From: an uncultured Planctomycetaceae bacterium
GTDB lineage: Bacteria > Planctomycetota > Planctomycetia > Isosphaerales > Isosphaeraceae
Reading direction: 5' to 3'
DNA length: 64,000 bases
NCBI GenBank assembly: GCA_963833985.1
Contig: CAWIAD010000002.1
Span: 864,001-928,000 of the forward strand
Part shown: positions 28,929 to 39,994 of the stretch, in pieces
Numbering within the stretch: position 1 is the first letter of the stretch
Layout: every line of letters begins with the position of its first letter
Translations under genes and position numbers: made by a program
Notes under the pieces: generated by a model
The model's input: only the letters and a program-made list of their open reading frames with translations
Told to the model about the DNA's origin: nothing
Databases searched by the model: none

Positions 28929-30716
28929 ATGCGGCCCAGCAGCTCCGTCCTTCCTCCGTGCCGGGGCGGCACATCCAGAAAGCTGGTCATGCAGCACTCC
29001 GGCGACGTACAGGCCTGCTGGCGACCAATCGCGCTCTTGCTGGTCGTCTGCGCTCTTACCTTTGGACCTGGTCTGGTCAGTGGTGCGCGGCTGACGTACC
29101 ACGAGGCCTTCGTGGCTCAAGGCGCACAGGAGATCCTCGAGTCAGGGAACTGGTGGTGCCCGCAGATCGGTGGGCTCCCCTGGCTGGAGAAGCCTCCCTT
29201 GCCATTCTGGCTGGCTGCCGGCGCGGGGTGGTGGACCGGTGGCGTCAGTGCAGAAGCCGCGCGGCTACCGTCCGTACTTGCAGGCACACTGCTGGTTCTG
29301 GGAGTCGTGCTACTCGCCCAGCCACGCTATGGCCATCGGCTCGCGCTCCTGGCCGGCGCCGTACAGGCCACGACGGCATGGACTGCGCTGCGTGCACAGC
29401 TTGCGGAAGCCGACATCCTGCTGGCCTGTCTCATGACCTGGACGCTACTGGCCTTCGACCGCCTGCGCATTGCGGTAGCCATCCCGGCTGTAGCAGCCAT
29501 CCCGGCTGCGGTAGCCATCCCGGTCAGTCCGGGCAGTGGACCGGGCCGGTCAATCGCTTCCTGGCATGTCTGGCGCTGGCTCTTCTTCGGACTGTTGAGC
29601 GTTTCCACACTGGTCAAGGGAACTGGCTTCGGTGCCGCTCTGGTGCTATGCACCGCCGGGCCGGTGTTACTCTGGGATCGGGATCGCGTCACATCCAACC
29701 GGCTGGCATTCCCAGCCGGCTGGCTGCTGTTCACAGCCAGTACGGTGAGCTGGCCGGCAGCCATGGTTGCCCGCTACGGCATGAACGTGGTTGGCCTGTG
29801 GGCGATGCATGTGACAGAACGGCTTGGCAGCTCGGCCGTGCACGGGCCCTTCGCCGGTCAAGGATGGGTCGCGTATGGGTCGGCTCTCTTCGGGCAAGCA
29901 CTTCCCTGGGCCCCTGTAGGGCTGGTCGGGGCCGGGCTCTCGTTGCGCCGGGTGTGCCTGGGTTCATACATGGGCATGATGGACAGAGCCGCTAGCCCCG
30001 CAGTAAAGCATCAGCTTGCAGGCGACCGGTTACTCTGGTGCTGGGCCGTTAGCCCACTCATCCTGGTGTCGCTGGCCCGCGCTCGAAATGCCCACTATGC
30101 CATCTACGCCCTGATGCCGTGGTCCATATGGGCGGCATCCGGGCTGCACTGGCTTGTCCGTCGTCGGCTGGGCCGCGCCTGGTCCCAAAGGCGAGAGATG
30201 CGCCTGAGCTGGGGGATCTGCCTGGGTCTGGCGGGCATCTATGGCCTGTGCTTCTGGATCGTCGTTCCCTGGTTTGACCATCGCGGGGTCGAGTGGGCCT
30301 TCTACGACAAGGCTGGTCACGATGTGCCACGTGATGAACGCATTGTCCTGCTCTATGACGACTGGGACCGTGATGCCTACCCGACACCATTTGGCCCAGT
30401 TCCTCACGACCTAGCAGTCCGACTCTTTTACCTGAACCACCCGGTCCACTGGTATTCCAGTGCACAAGCATTGATTGACGGTGAACAGAAAGCCAAAGAG
30501 ACGGATCCCAACCCTGACGGTCCCATGTCGGTCACCCTGATTGGCCGCCATCGTGACTTGCCCAGCCTGGAACAATTCGGGCAGATTGAGATCCTGGCGC
30601 ACGGTCCATCAATCCGCTGGGACCGCACGTACATCATGGCCCGGCTTCATCTGGGTGAGCCGCCGCGGGGAGGCCTTATCCATACCGCGCTTCCCGAAGC
30701 ACCATTGCGGCGGTAA
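28929..30716 (+). CDS. ArnT/PMT-like GT-C glycosyltransferase
   Basis: TYHEA, GNWWCP...WLEKPPLPFW, ARLPS, LVKG motifs; many TM helices; start uncertain. Confidence 0.85.
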   Translation: MRPSSSVLPPCRGGTSRKLVMQHSGDVQACWRPIALLLVVCALTFGPGLVSGARLTYHEAFVAQGAQEILESGNWWCPQIGGLPWLEKPPLPFWLAAGAGWWTGGVSAEAARLPSVLAGTLLVLGVVLLAQPRYGHRLALLAGAVQATTAWTALRAQLAEADILLACLMTWTLLAFDRLRIAVAIPAVAAIPAAVAIPVSPGSGPGRSIASWHVWRWLFFGLLSVSTLVKGTGFGAALVLCTAGPVLLWDRDRVTSNRLAFPAGWLLFTASTVSWPAAMVARYGMNVVGLWAMHVTERLGSSAVHGPFAGQGWVAYGSALFGQALPWAPVGLVGAGLSLRRVCLGSYMGMMDRAASPAVKHQLAGDRLLWCWAVSPLILVSLARARNAHYAIYALMPWSIWAASGLHWLVRRRLGRAWSQRREMRLSWGICLGLAGIYGLCFWIVVPWFDHRGVEWAFYDKAGHDVPRDERIVLLYDDWDRDAYPTPFGPVPHDLAVRLFYLNHPVHWYSSAQALIDGEQKAKETDPNPDGPMSVTLIGRHRDLPSLEQFGQIEILAHGPSIRWDRTYIMARLHLGEPPRGGLIHTALPEAPLRR

Positions 30717-30768
30717 GCCAGGCCAGGCTGACCGTCCGTCTGGCGGTCGGACTTGATGCCACGTCGCG

Positions 30769-32241
30769 ATGGAGCTTCATCCTGTCCGCGGCCATAAGGG
30801 TTTGCTCACGATGGTCAGCACGTTCGACATCTTCAAGATTGGCATTGGCCCATCGAGCTCGCACACGATGGGACCCTGGTGCGCGGCGGAGCAGTTCGTC
30901 GCTCGCTGCCGCTCGATCCATCCACTAAATGAGATCATGCGCGTCCAGGTTGATCTTTATGGCTCGCTGGCGAAGACGGGCAAGGGTCACGGGACAGACG
31001 TTGCGCTCATGCTTGGACTTTCCGGCCTGGATCCCGTGACCTGCGACCCGGCCGACTTGCACCCGCTGGCTCGCCACATCCAGGACCATCGCCAAATCTT
31101 GCTGGGTGCGGCACAGCCCATCGGCTTCGATCCAGCCCGGGACCTCGTGTTTCATCGGGATATCTCACTGCCGTACCACCCCAATGGACTCACATTCACG
31201 GCCTGGCTGCACAATGACGTGGCATGCGTGGAGACATATTACTCCGTGGGCGGAGGATTCATCGTCCAGGAGCCTATTCCTGGTGAAACGGACAGCTCCG
31301 AGCCGCAACCCGTTCCCTTTCTCATCAACACGGCCACAGACCTGCTTGTGCATTGCCGTACCCATGGGCTGACAATTCCGGAGGTGGTGTGGCAAAACGA
31401 ACATGCCAGCCGCAGTCCCGCGCAGATCCGGACAGAGCTCCAGCAACTGTGGGCTGAAATGTCCATGTGCGCTTTTCGCGGTGCGCGCACCAAGGGGACG
31501 CTGCCTGGAGGTCTGGGAGTGACGCGGCGGGCGGCCATGCTGTATCAGACGCTCCTGGCAGGCATGAAAACGCCATGGGCCATCGATTCACCACAAGCCT
31601 GGATTGCCGCGGTTCGCAGCCAGCCGGCCAGCTTTCCGGAGGTCCTGAAATGGGTTAGCTGTTTCGCGCTGGCGGTCAATGAGGAGAACGCCTCGTTCGG
31701 ACGGGTCGTCACGGCACCAACGAACGGGGCGGCCGGGGTGGTCCCGGCCGTGCTCCTGTACCGGCTCTGCTTTCATGAGGATGACGGGCAGGCCGTGGAG
31801 GCGTTTCTGCTGACTGCGGGTGTTGTTGGCAGCCTGTTCAAGCAGGGAGCGACGCTCTCAGCGGCCATGGGCGGCTGCCAGGCCGAGATCGGAGTCTCCA
31901 GCGCCATGGCAGCCGCGGGCCTGGCCCAGACGCTGGGCGGTTCGCCCGAGCAGGTCCTGATGGCTGCCGAGATTGCCATGGAGCATCACCTGGGACTTAC
32001 CTGCGACCCGGTCGGCGGCCTGGTCCAGGTCCCGTGCATCGAGCGTAACTCGATGGGCGCCGTCAAGGCGATCACGGCCGCTCACCTTGCCCTGGAAAGC
32101 AACCCGGCCCAGGCCAGGGTCTCGCTGGACGCGGTGATTCGCTCCATGTGGGCCACGGCACTCGATATGAACACAAAATACAAGGAAACATCGGAAGGCG
32201 GCCTGGCCGTGCAGATTCCCGTGAACGTGAGCGAATGCTGA
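30769..32241 (+). CDS. sdaA: Fe-S-dependent L-serine ammonia-lyase, single chain
   Basis: [59 protein letters not shown]; alternative start 30811. Confidence 0.95.
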   Translation: MELHPVRGHKGLLTMVSTFDIFKIGIGPSSSHTMGPWCAAEQFVARCRSIHPLNEIMRVQVDLYGSLAKTGKGHGTDVALMLGLSGLDPVTCDPADLHPLARHIQDHRQILLGAAQPIGFDPARDLVFHRDISLPYHPNGLTFTAWLHNDVACVETYYSVGGGFIVQEPIPGETDSSEPQPVPFLINTATDLLVHCRTHGLTIPEVVWQNEHASRSPAQIRTELQQLWAEMSMCAFRGARTKGTLPGGLGVTRRAAMLYQTLLAGMKTPWAIDSPQAWIAAVRSQPASFPEVLKWVSCFALAVNEENASFGRVVTAPTNGAAGVVPAVLLYRLCFHEDDGQAVEAFLLTAGVVGSLFKQGATLSAAMGGCQAEIGVSSAMAAAGLAQTLGGSPEQVLMAAEIAMEHHLGLTCDPVGGLVQVPCIERNSMGAVKAITAAHLALESNPAQARVSLDAVIRSMWATALDMNTKYKETSEGGLAVQIPVNVSEC

Positions 32242-32293
32242 CGGAGAATACGGCAGGGGACGGCGCGGACCGGAGGGGAAGCACCCCGGCCGC

Positions 32294-33574
32294 TCACTCC
32301 TTCTGCTCGGGTTTCTCGCGGAGCAGTGGCTGGCGGTTTGCCTGGAGCCGGGCAATCTCCTGGGTCACCTGAGCGACCTGGGCGGTTCCCAGGTGCACCC
32401 CGACGTCGATGGTCATGTAGTGGCTTTCGCCCGGTGAGAGGACGGGGACGCGCCCGTGCTGGCGCTCGACGCGCCGGGTGTACGGATAGTTCGTTCCTGG
32501 CTCGATGCCCACGACATAGCCGTCTTCCGGAGCGGTGGTATGTTTCCAGAGCGTCAGGTAGGGGAGTTCCTGGGTGTCGAACCGGAGTGATGCTCCCCGG
32601 TCCGCTGCCTTGTTGTGGATCATGGCCAGGGTGCGCCCGCTCCGATCGACCAGCGGCTTGAGCAGATAAACCTGCTCGATGAACCCTGGCCTTGGCCCTC
32701 CGAGCTGGTCGTACGTCTTGATGTCCTTGGCGGCGTGTTCGTTGAAGGGTGTGACCGTTTCCACGGGTGCCAGGAAGCGTGCGCCTTCTTCGAGGAGAGG
32801 TGGTCCGAAGTTGGTGTGGTAAATCATCTCGAACTCCTGGCGCTGGCCCCCGTGATTGCTGACTGCATCGCTGATGCGGAACGACCGGGCACCAGGCTCG
32901 ATGGAAAGCTCGCTGGTCAGATCCAGCTTGGGTCCGTTGAACGTGCGCTCATGAACGATCCCGCGCAAGGTCAACCGGTAAGGCGGCTCATGCTGAGCGA
33001 TGAGCCATACTTCCTGGGCCGGCAGGTTGGCTACCCGGCCGTGCAGCGTCAACTGCATCGTGCTCTCTTCGCCCATGTTGTTGATGAAGCGGTCGGTTCC
33101 AGGCTGGCCGTTCCATTCCATGCCGCAACGGCACAGCCACTCGTTGAAGCCATCAAGCCAGCCGAGGCCCCCACGGCTATTGAGATCAACGAAATTGGGA
33201 TGGACGATATCCTTGACCGGCGACTGCCAGCCAAGAACTTGCACGCTATCCGCGAGCACGGCCAGGATACCCAGGCCGCGTGTGGCGATGAGGCCGATGT
33301 TTAGCTTGCCATTGTCAATCCAGACCACGTTGACGCCTTCCTGCTTGCCTCCGAAGTAGCGGTACTTGCGCACCGACCAGGGGGTAGGACATTCGGGCAC
33401 GGCGTAGCGCGAGGCGATCATCTGCCGCCCGAACAGGAATGGGTCCACGTTCATGTTCTGGTTGGAGGAGATCAGCACCTGGCGGTAAGGTTCCTTGCCC
33501 CAACCCGGGTGGGCACCGGCAAGGAGGACGACCATGACCGTTGAAATGACAACGCTGTGCGGTAAGGTTCGCAT
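32294..33574 (-). CDS. DUF4432/aldose 1-epimerase-like protein with signal peptide
   Basis: GGKQEGV, LGWQSPV, TLHGRVANLPA, YHTNFGPP, GIEPGT; start MRTLPHS. Confidence 0.85.
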   Translation of the reverse strand: MRTLPHSVVISTVMVVLLAGAHPGWGKEPYRQVLISSNQNMNVDPFLFGRQMIASRYAVPECPTPWSVRKYRYFGGKQEGVNVVWIDNGKLNIGLIATRGLGILAVLADSVQVLGWQSPVKDIVHPNFVDLNSRGGLGWLDGFNEWLCRCGMEWNGQPGTDRFINNMGEESTMQLTLHGRVANLPAQEVWLIAQHEPPYRLTLRGIVHERTFNGPKLDLTSELSIEPGARSFRISDAVSNHGGQRQEFEMIYHTNFGPPLLEEGARFLAPVETVTPFNEHAAKDIKTYDQLGGPRPGFIEQVYLLKPLVDRSGRTLAMIHNKAADRGASLRFDTQELPYLTLWKHTTAPEDGYVVGIEPGTNYPYTRRVERQHGRVPVLSPGESHYMTIDVGVHLGTAQVAQVTQEIARLQANRQPLLREKPEQKE

Positions 33575-33666
33575 GGGCGGGCACACTCCCGGGGAGATGC
33601 ACGAAGCGGCGCAAGGCCGGGGATCTCTCTGGGAGTGTATGCGATTGGCGTTGGAACTGGGAAGTC

Positions 33667-35168
33667 TCAGACAGGCTCTTCCAGCCTCACCGGCTCCGGG
33701 GCCACAGCCGCTTTTCTGCCGATGCCCAGGCCGATGATGATCATGGTGGACAGGATCATCGACCCGGCCAGGAATTCCAGCCCGTGACTGTAGGAACCTG
33801 TGGAGTCGCGCACGATGCCAACGACGGTGGGGCCAAACAGGCCCCCCAGGTTGCCGAAGGAGTTCACCAGGCCGATACTCGCCGCGGCTGCGGAGGCCGA
33901 CATGAGCTCGCTGGGCAGCGTCCAGAACGCTGGTAGGTAGGCCTTCGACCCGGTCATCGCCAGCGTGAACAAGACGATGGTCAGCCATGGTAAACCCTGG
34001 CTTCTGGGCGTGAACACAAGAGCTACCGCTCCGAAGATGATTGGCAGCGATGCATGCCAGCGCCGCTCGCGCGTACGGTCGGAGTTCCAGCCCACGAAGA
34101 TCTGTCCCAGCAGGGAGCCAATGGCCGGGACGATCACCAGCCAGGAGAGTCTTTGAATGTCGAGCTGGTACCAGTCCTTCAGGATGGAGGCCATGTACAT
34201 CTCGATGCCGTAGTTTCCGGTAACCACGAAGAGGTACGCCACAGCAAGGGCCAGGATTCTGGGGTGGGCCAGCGCCTGGATGACGGACATGTGGCCTGTC
34301 TGGGCCACGTGCTCGTGCTTCTCGCGAAGCAGTTCTTCCGACAATGCCTCACGCTCCTCCTCGCTCAGCCAGTGCGCCTCGCGGGGCCAGTCGGGAAGGG
34401 TGGCCAGCACGATCAGGCCGAGGATGACAGCGGGAGCTCCCCAGGCGATGTAGACCCACTGCCAGCCGACAAGGCCCAGGATAGGAGGCGTGCCCCCCGT
34501 GCCAATGGCCATGATGGCTCCGCAGATGGGCGGACCAAGGATCTGGGCGATGGGCGTGCCGATGAAAAACCAGGCGAGTGCCCGGGACCGGTCACGGCGG
34601 GGGAACCAGTGGGTCAGGTAGACGATCACGCCGGGATAGAAGCCGGCCTCGGCCAGCCCGAGCAGGAAGCGAATGCCCCAGAACTGGAAGATGTAGACGG
34701 CCCCCGGTGTCCCGAGCTGGTCGACCAGGCTCTGGGCCAGCCGGCTGACGCCACCAAGCTGAGCCCGGGCCAGTGGCTCAAGCACCTGGGCGGTGAGCCG
34801 GACGACCCAGGAGACCACCGTGCTGACTCCGGGTACCTGATAATGGATGAACGCGGTCATGGCCGCGATAATTCCCCACGCGACCATCGTGCCGCTGATC
34901 CACTTGCGCCACTCCATTTTTCCACCAGGAGCGTGCCGGGAATGGCCAGAATCAGGTAGCCGACGAAGAAGATCCCCATGCCGAAACCAAAGGCACTTTC
35001 CGAGAACCCGAGCTTCCCCAGGTCATCCTGCATATTCAGCTTGGCCAGGCTAACGTTCACACGGTCCACATACGCGATCACGTAGCAGAAGAACAGGAGA
35101 GGCAAAAGGTGCCAGAAGGCCCTGGAACGAGCCCGATCCAGTGCGCTGAAAGAGTTTGCCAGGGACAT
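33667..35168 (-). CDS. MFS transporter (ACS/phthalate-tartrate permease-like), frameshifted near 34908
   Basis: YVDRVNVS, GIFFVGY..IPG, RFLLGLAEAGFYPG, GLVNSFGNLGG; restoring one base gives EKWSARKWI. Confidence 0.88.
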
Positions 35169-35261
35169 GATCGGTGCTCGCCTCACGGGTTGGAGAGAGA
35201 GGGGACCGGAACGGTGACCTGCCTTGTGAAACTGGAACCGAGAATGGCCAGAGACGGTTCG

Positions 35262-37892
35262 TCAGGGCACGACGGCTTCGACCCGGCCCAGGCCCACGTC
35301 GATGTACTGGCCGCCGCTGGTCTGGCGGCAATGCACGGCCAGGCTGTTTCGACCGGGGCGGAGCGCCTTGAGCGCCTCCGGGTGAATGCGCAGGGGTTGA
35401 TAATCACTGGTGTATCCACCGGCCCGAGCGGCCAGCACGCCATTGAGATAGACTTCGGCGTCTTCATCATGGTGGACGATCAGCCGCAACGCGCTGGGGT
35501 CTGCTCGAAGGGCCGCTTCGGGGATGTCAAGATCGCGGCGCAGCCAGATCTGGGGGGTGTTCCAGAGAGTGCGGACCTCGGCCCCCGGTGTGCCGGCCGT
35601 GCCAAATCCGCCAGATGCCTGCTTCCAGGTGCGGTCGTCAAATGCCCGTGCCATCCAGTCCGCGGCGGGTGGCTGGGTGGTATACCGCCAGGACGTATCC
35701 TGCTCGCGGGCTGTGGGAACGATGGGGATGAGGCGGCGCATCAGGGGTAAGGGCGCCCAGTCATTGCCCTCTCCCGGTGCATTGCGGCGGGCGAGGGCGA
35801 TGCAGGTTCGCCAGTAGGGCTTCGCTTCGGTGAGCAGGCGGATGAAGATGCCGCCGATCACGGGACGTGCGTGCATTCCAGCGTCCTTGCCGCTATCGGT
35901 CCAGTAAAAGTCTGAGAAAGGCACCCGATCGGGCGTTTCGTTGACGAACCGGTAGAGCGGGTCAGTGAGCCGTTCAAAGGTGGCACGGTCCGGCGCCAGC
36001 GTGGCGGTCCAGACGAGCCAGTCGCTCTTGGTGAACAGCTTGCGCGAATCCAGAGGGAGGCCAAACTTCCCGACCACGGACGGGTAAAACGCCAGCTCCT
36101 TGCTGGCCACGTCCTCGGGAAACACCTTCAGGCCGAGGATGCGATCCCAGACCAGATTGTACTTCTGGCTCCAGGTTGCCGTCGGGTTGAAGGTGAGCCG
36201 GAAATGGTCTCCCTCGGCAGCCATCCCCACCCACTTTCCGGCCAGGGTCCGGGCAAGCTCGGCATAGTGGTCTGCCGTGGCCTGGTCACCGCGCATGGCG
36301 GCAAGCTTGCCGTAACACGCCAGACCCAGGATGGCCTTGATGGACAGGTTGGCGTTGCGTGCCAGGTGGCCGGCGAAGTCATCCGTGCAAAGCTGGTTGG
36401 CCGGGTCGAAGCCGTGGTCCTCACAGTATTTCGCCCACTGGGTGAGCTGTGGCCAGTACTTCCCCGCGAAGTTCGCATTGTCCTCGGCCTGCGCAATGGC
36501 GGCGACCATGATCAGCATGTTGCCGCTCTCTTCCACGGGCATCTGGTTCTCTTCGGTTCGCTCTCCACCGCCATAGACCTGGCCCGTGGCGGCCGGATAT
36601 GTCCCCAGGTCGTGCGGGGCGAATGGAAACTTCCAGCGCGGTGAGGCTGCGTAGTCGAGCACGGGAACCAGCGAGGCCTTGGCCAGGAGCGGATTGAAGA
36701 GTAGGAGGTGCGGGAACTGCGGGTAGATCACATCCACCGTGGCAATGCAGCCGTTGCTCGTATTCTCCTTGGGGAACCACAGGGGCATGCCGCTGGCGTC
36801 GGCCACCAGCTTGCCGCCCGCCAGCGATTGGCGATGCGCCAGAACGGCCAGCCGCGCATACTTCGCACCGGCGGCCTGCTCCAGCACGCCGGCCAGCTCA
36901 CGGTCGAAGTAAGCGCAATAGTTGTCGAAGACAGAGCGGCTCAGGTGGTGTTTGAGCAGGAGCAGGCTGAACGTCTTGGCCGTTTCCTTGGCCCTGCCGT
37001 AGCTACGCAGCCAGTCGCCCATGTAGTCGATGGCGTAGATGTCGTCATAAGCGAGCATGGCGACAGCCGTGCGCGGGGTGTTCGGCTCCACGGTCTCCAG
37101 CGGCATGACCACGGCCAGAGTGGGCGTCTGGTCGTCGGCACGGCGCGGCTGGCGCGGGTCATCGGTGGCAGGAACCGTTCCCGTCTGAAGGAAGGTCCCG
37201 GTCAGGGCATCCGCCGCACCGCTGGCCAGAACCCCGTGTTCCTCACCGGTCGCCAGGTAAAGATATCCCCAATCGATCCGTGTTTGATCTCCCCGGCGCT
37301 GGAGGACCGGCTGCTCCTGGGTGCCCAGCTTGAGGGCCTTGACGGCTCCGGATTGTTCACGTGACCAGACCACAGCCTGATCCGAGGAATGCACGGCAAG
37401 CTGGGCGGCCGCACTGAAATAGACGGCCACCTGGTGAGCTTTCTGGTCTCGGCTTTGCACGCGCCAGGTGAGGTAAGTCACAGGGCTGGACATCATGTCG
37501 AGATTGGTGGGCACGGCGAGGTTCAGGAAGGTGAGCTCCACCCGCACCGAGCTGGCCTCGAAGGTATAGATCGTCCGCGTCGGCCGAACCTCCACCGAGA
37601 TCTGCGCCATGGCCGGCACGGCCTTGGGCTCCGGGCCGATCAAGCGGTAGGCTTGCCCGTCAATCCGGATCAACCCCGTCAGCGGCATCGGCACCTTGGT
37701 CCAGTGCCGGGTCACGTCGTCGGTCAGATGATCCGCCATGGACCAGACGCTGAAGTAAGGGTCATGAGCCACAAGCGGCACCGCCGGCGGCCGGAAGCCC
37801 TCTGGAGCAAGCGGATACGGATCGTCGGCCAGAGCCTGAGGCACGTACAGCAGGATAGCCAGGACCGGCACCAGGAATGTCAGCTTGTGCAT
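35262..37892 (-). CDS. GtaA/glutaminase-A-like (DUF5127/DUF4965/DUF1793) exported protein with C-terminal sugar-binding-like domain
   Basis: [25 protein letters not shown]...[50 protein letters not shown]-terminal [11 protein letters not shown]...GGQYIDVG; start MHKLTF. Confidence 0.85.
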   Translation of the reverse strand: MHKLTFLVPVLAILLYVPQALADDPYPLAPEGFRPPAVPLVAHDPYFSVWSMADHLTDDVTRHWTKVPMPLTGLIRIDGQAYRLIGPEPKAVPAMAQISVEVRPTRTIYTFEASSVRVELTFLNLAVPTNLDMMSSPVTYLTWRVQSRDQKAHQVAVYFSAAAQLAVHSSDQAVVWSREQSGAVKALKLGTQEQPVLQRRGDQTRIDWGYLYLATGEEHGVLASGAADALTGTFLQTGTVPATDDPRQPRRADDQTPTLAVVMPLETVEPNTPRTAVAMLAYDDIYAIDYMGDWLRSYGRAKETAKTFSLLLLKHHLSRSVFDNYCAYFDRELAGVLEQAAGAKYARLAVLAHRQSLAGGKLVADASGMPLWFPKENTSNGCIATVDVIYPQFPHLLLFNPLLAKASLVPVLDYAASPRWKFPFAPHDLGTYPAATGQVYGGGERTEENQMPVEESGNMLIMVAAIAQAEDNANFAGKYWPQLTQWAKYCEDHGFDPANQLCTDDFAGHLARNANLSIKAILGLACYGKLAAMRGDQATADHYAELARTLAGKWVGMAAEGDHFRLTFNPTATWSQKYNLVWDRILGLKVFPEDVASKELAFYPSVVGKFGLPLDSRKLFTKSDWLVWTATLAPDRATFERLTDPLYRFVNETPDRVPFSDFYWTDSGKDAGMHARPVIGGIFIRLLTEAKPYWRTCIALARRNAPGEGNDWAPLPLMRRLIPIVPTAREQDTSWRYTTQPPAADWMARAFDDRTWKQASGGFGTAGTPGAEVRTLWNTPQIWLRRDLDIPEAALRADPSALRLIVHHDEDAEVYLNGVLAARAGGYTSDYQPLRIHPEALKALRPGRNSLAVHCRQTSGGQYIDVGLGRVEAVVP

Positions 37893-38093
37893 GAGACTCT
37901 CTCGCGGACGCAGAAACCTGGGGTATGAGCTTCTCCGATGGTAGTACCTGCAAGGCTGCGATGCCACCGGCCAGTGTCCACACCAATCCATGGCCGAGCG
38001 TTTTCCCGCAAAGAGCCGTTCCCGAACCGCGCCCGCGACCCTAAGCTGTATGCAAGGCGAACCCTGTGAAAATAGCGATCGGCGAATGGCTCC

Positions 38094-39047
38094 ATGACAA
38101 AACTCTGCTCCTTGCTGGCCGGTTCCGCACTGCTCATCACGCTGGCGCTGAGCGCAGGCTTCACGGCCCTGGCCCCTGAATCCGGCGCCGGTACTCAGGC
38201 CGGTGATCAGAGCCAGGTCGGACAGTCGTTCCGGGTACCCTACCGGCTTACCGACACCAATCATTTCCTGGTGCGCGTCCGGATCAACGGCAAGGGACCG
38301 TTCAACTTCCTGGTGGATACCGGGGCACCAGCGCTCTACATCGCCACCGAGACCGCCGCCCAGGTGGGGCTCAAACCCGTCAAGGGCGAGTTCTGGACGG
38401 TTGTAGACCGGCTGGAGCTTGAAGGAGGTGCCCGCCTGCCGGGCATCAAAGCCCGTGTGGAAGACCCATTCCAGCTCGTCGGCATGAATGCCCTGGGACT
38501 TCCGGGGGCTTCCATTCACGGCATCCTCGGATTCACGATCCTTGCCCGCTTCCGGATGGAGATCGATCCCTCGCGCGACGTCATGGTCTGGACTCGGCTG
38601 AAGTATGAGCCGCCCGACCCACCCGTTCCGCCCCGGGCCGAGGGCAACGGCGAAGGCGCTCCGGCAGAAATCCGGGTCATGAACGCCCTGGGACCGCTGG
38701 CCAAGGGCCTGGCATTTTTCATGGGCAAGCAGCCTGAGGAGGAGCGCCGGCCCCGCGGATTTCTCGGCCTGGAATGGGCCGAGGTGAATGGCACAGCACC
38801 GGGCCAGTCCGCCGTCGAGGTCCGCCGGATCATGCCGGGCTCACCTGCCTCGAAAGTGGATATCCGGCCGGGTGACCAGATCATTCGCGCTGGCGGCCGC
38901 GCAGTCTCCAGCATCAAGGCGGCCCGGTCCGCTCTGGCCGAGCTTGAGCCCGGTACGGCCGTTGAGCTGGTCGTGCGGCGAGGCGGCACAAATGGCGGCA
39001 ACCCGCGTGAGCGCACCGTGACCGTCATTGCCGGGGAGGGGTTCTAG
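38094..39047 (+). CDS. Exported retropepsin-like aspartyl protease with PDZ domain
   Basis: Signal peptide, FLVDTGA and GILG motifs, PDZ GFLG...GSPA...GDQI. Confidence 0.88.
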   Translation: MTKLCSLLAGSALLITLALSAGFTALAPESGAGTQAGDQSQVGQSFRVPYRLTDTNHFLVRVRINGKGPFNFLVDTGAPALYIATETAAQVGLKPVKGEFWTVVDRLELEGGARLPGIKARVEDPFQLVGMNALGLPGASIHGILGFTILARFRMEIDPSRDVMVWTRLKYEPPDPPVPPRAEGNGEGAPAEIRVMNALGPLAKGLAFFMGKQPEEERRPRGFLGLEWAEVNGTAPGQSAVEVRRIMPGSPASKVDIRPGDQIIRAGGRAVSSIKAARSALAELEPGTAVELVVRRGGTNGGNPRERTVTVIAGEGF

Positions 39048-39953
39048 ATGATCGGCAAGTGCAGCGCCTGGCGGGTGGCTGTTGGTACGGGTCTGACCGC
39101 GCTGCTCACCGGCGCGATCGCGCTGGGCCTGGGGTTGACCCTGGTCCGGGCGGGCCTCGACCCCCAGGCACCCCCACCGGCATCCAGGCCCGCAGCCGCG
39201 CACGCCCGAGCCGTCGTGCCGTTCACGATGCTTGCCTCGAACCACATGACGGTGGAAGCGAGGATCAATGGTAAGGGCCCCTACCGCCTGATCTTCGATC
39301 TGGGGGCACCCATCACCCTGTTGAGCAACCGGGCCAGCGAAGCTTCAGGGGTAGTGAAGGCCGATGCACCCCGGTCGTTTCTGTTCTCGATGCGCGGGGA
39401 AGCCGAGGTCGAGAAGCTCCAGGTCGGTGAGCTGACCGCGACGAAGCTGCCGGTGTTCGTCTTCGACCACCCGGCGCTGAAGATCCTGAGCGAGGCTCTT
39501 GGCGATCGCCTGGATGGAATCATCGGGTTCACGTTCTTCGCCCACTACCGGACGACCATCGATTACCAGGCAAGCACCATGACCTTCGAGCCGGTGGACT
39601 TTGCCGTCCGTGACCTGATCCGCGATCTTCCTGACCGGCTCATGGGCCCCAAGATGGCTCACCACCGTGTGCTTGCGCCCCAGGGCCTCTGGGGCGTGCG
39701 TCTGGCGAAGCCCGAAGGAAGGGACACGTCCGCGGGCGTCCCCATCGCCGAGGTTCATCCCGGATCGTCCGCGGCGGTCGCGGGCCTGAAATCGGGCGAT
39801 GTTCTGACGACGATCGATGACCGCTGGACGACGTCAATTGCCGACGTCTATGCGGCCGCGGCTGCCGTCAAGCCGGGCCAGGCCATCCGCGTGGTCATCC
39901 TCCGTGACGGCAAGGAACAGACGCAGACGGTGCACCCGGCCGACGGTCTCTGA
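39048..39953 (+). CDS. Second retropepsin-like/PDZ protein with variant DLG motif
   Basis: [39 protein letters not shown]; starts immediately after the previous stop (TAGATG). Confidence 0.85.
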   Translation: MIGKCSAWRVAVGTGLTALLTGAIALGLGLTLVRAGLDPQAPPPASRPAAAHARAVVPFTMLASNHMTVEARINGKGPYRLIFDLGAPITLLSNRASEASGVVKADAPRSFLFSMRGEAEVEKLQVGELTATKLPVFVFDHPALKILSEALGDRLDGIIGFTFFAHYRTTIDYQASTMTFEPVDFAVRDLIRDLPDRLMGPKMAHHRVLAPQGLWGVRLAKPEGRDTSAGVPIAEVHPGSSAAVAGLKSGDVLTTIDDRWTTSIADVYAAAAAVKPGQAIRVVILRDGKEQTQTVHPADGL

Positions 39954-39994
39954 GACTGAGCACGCTCGATGGCGACACGGGCCCACGATTCCCG

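Noticed and set aside
37893..38519. N-terminal extension of the 1085-aa ORF
   Set aside because: Overlaps the protease gene on the opposite strand; a signal peptide begins at Met 37892
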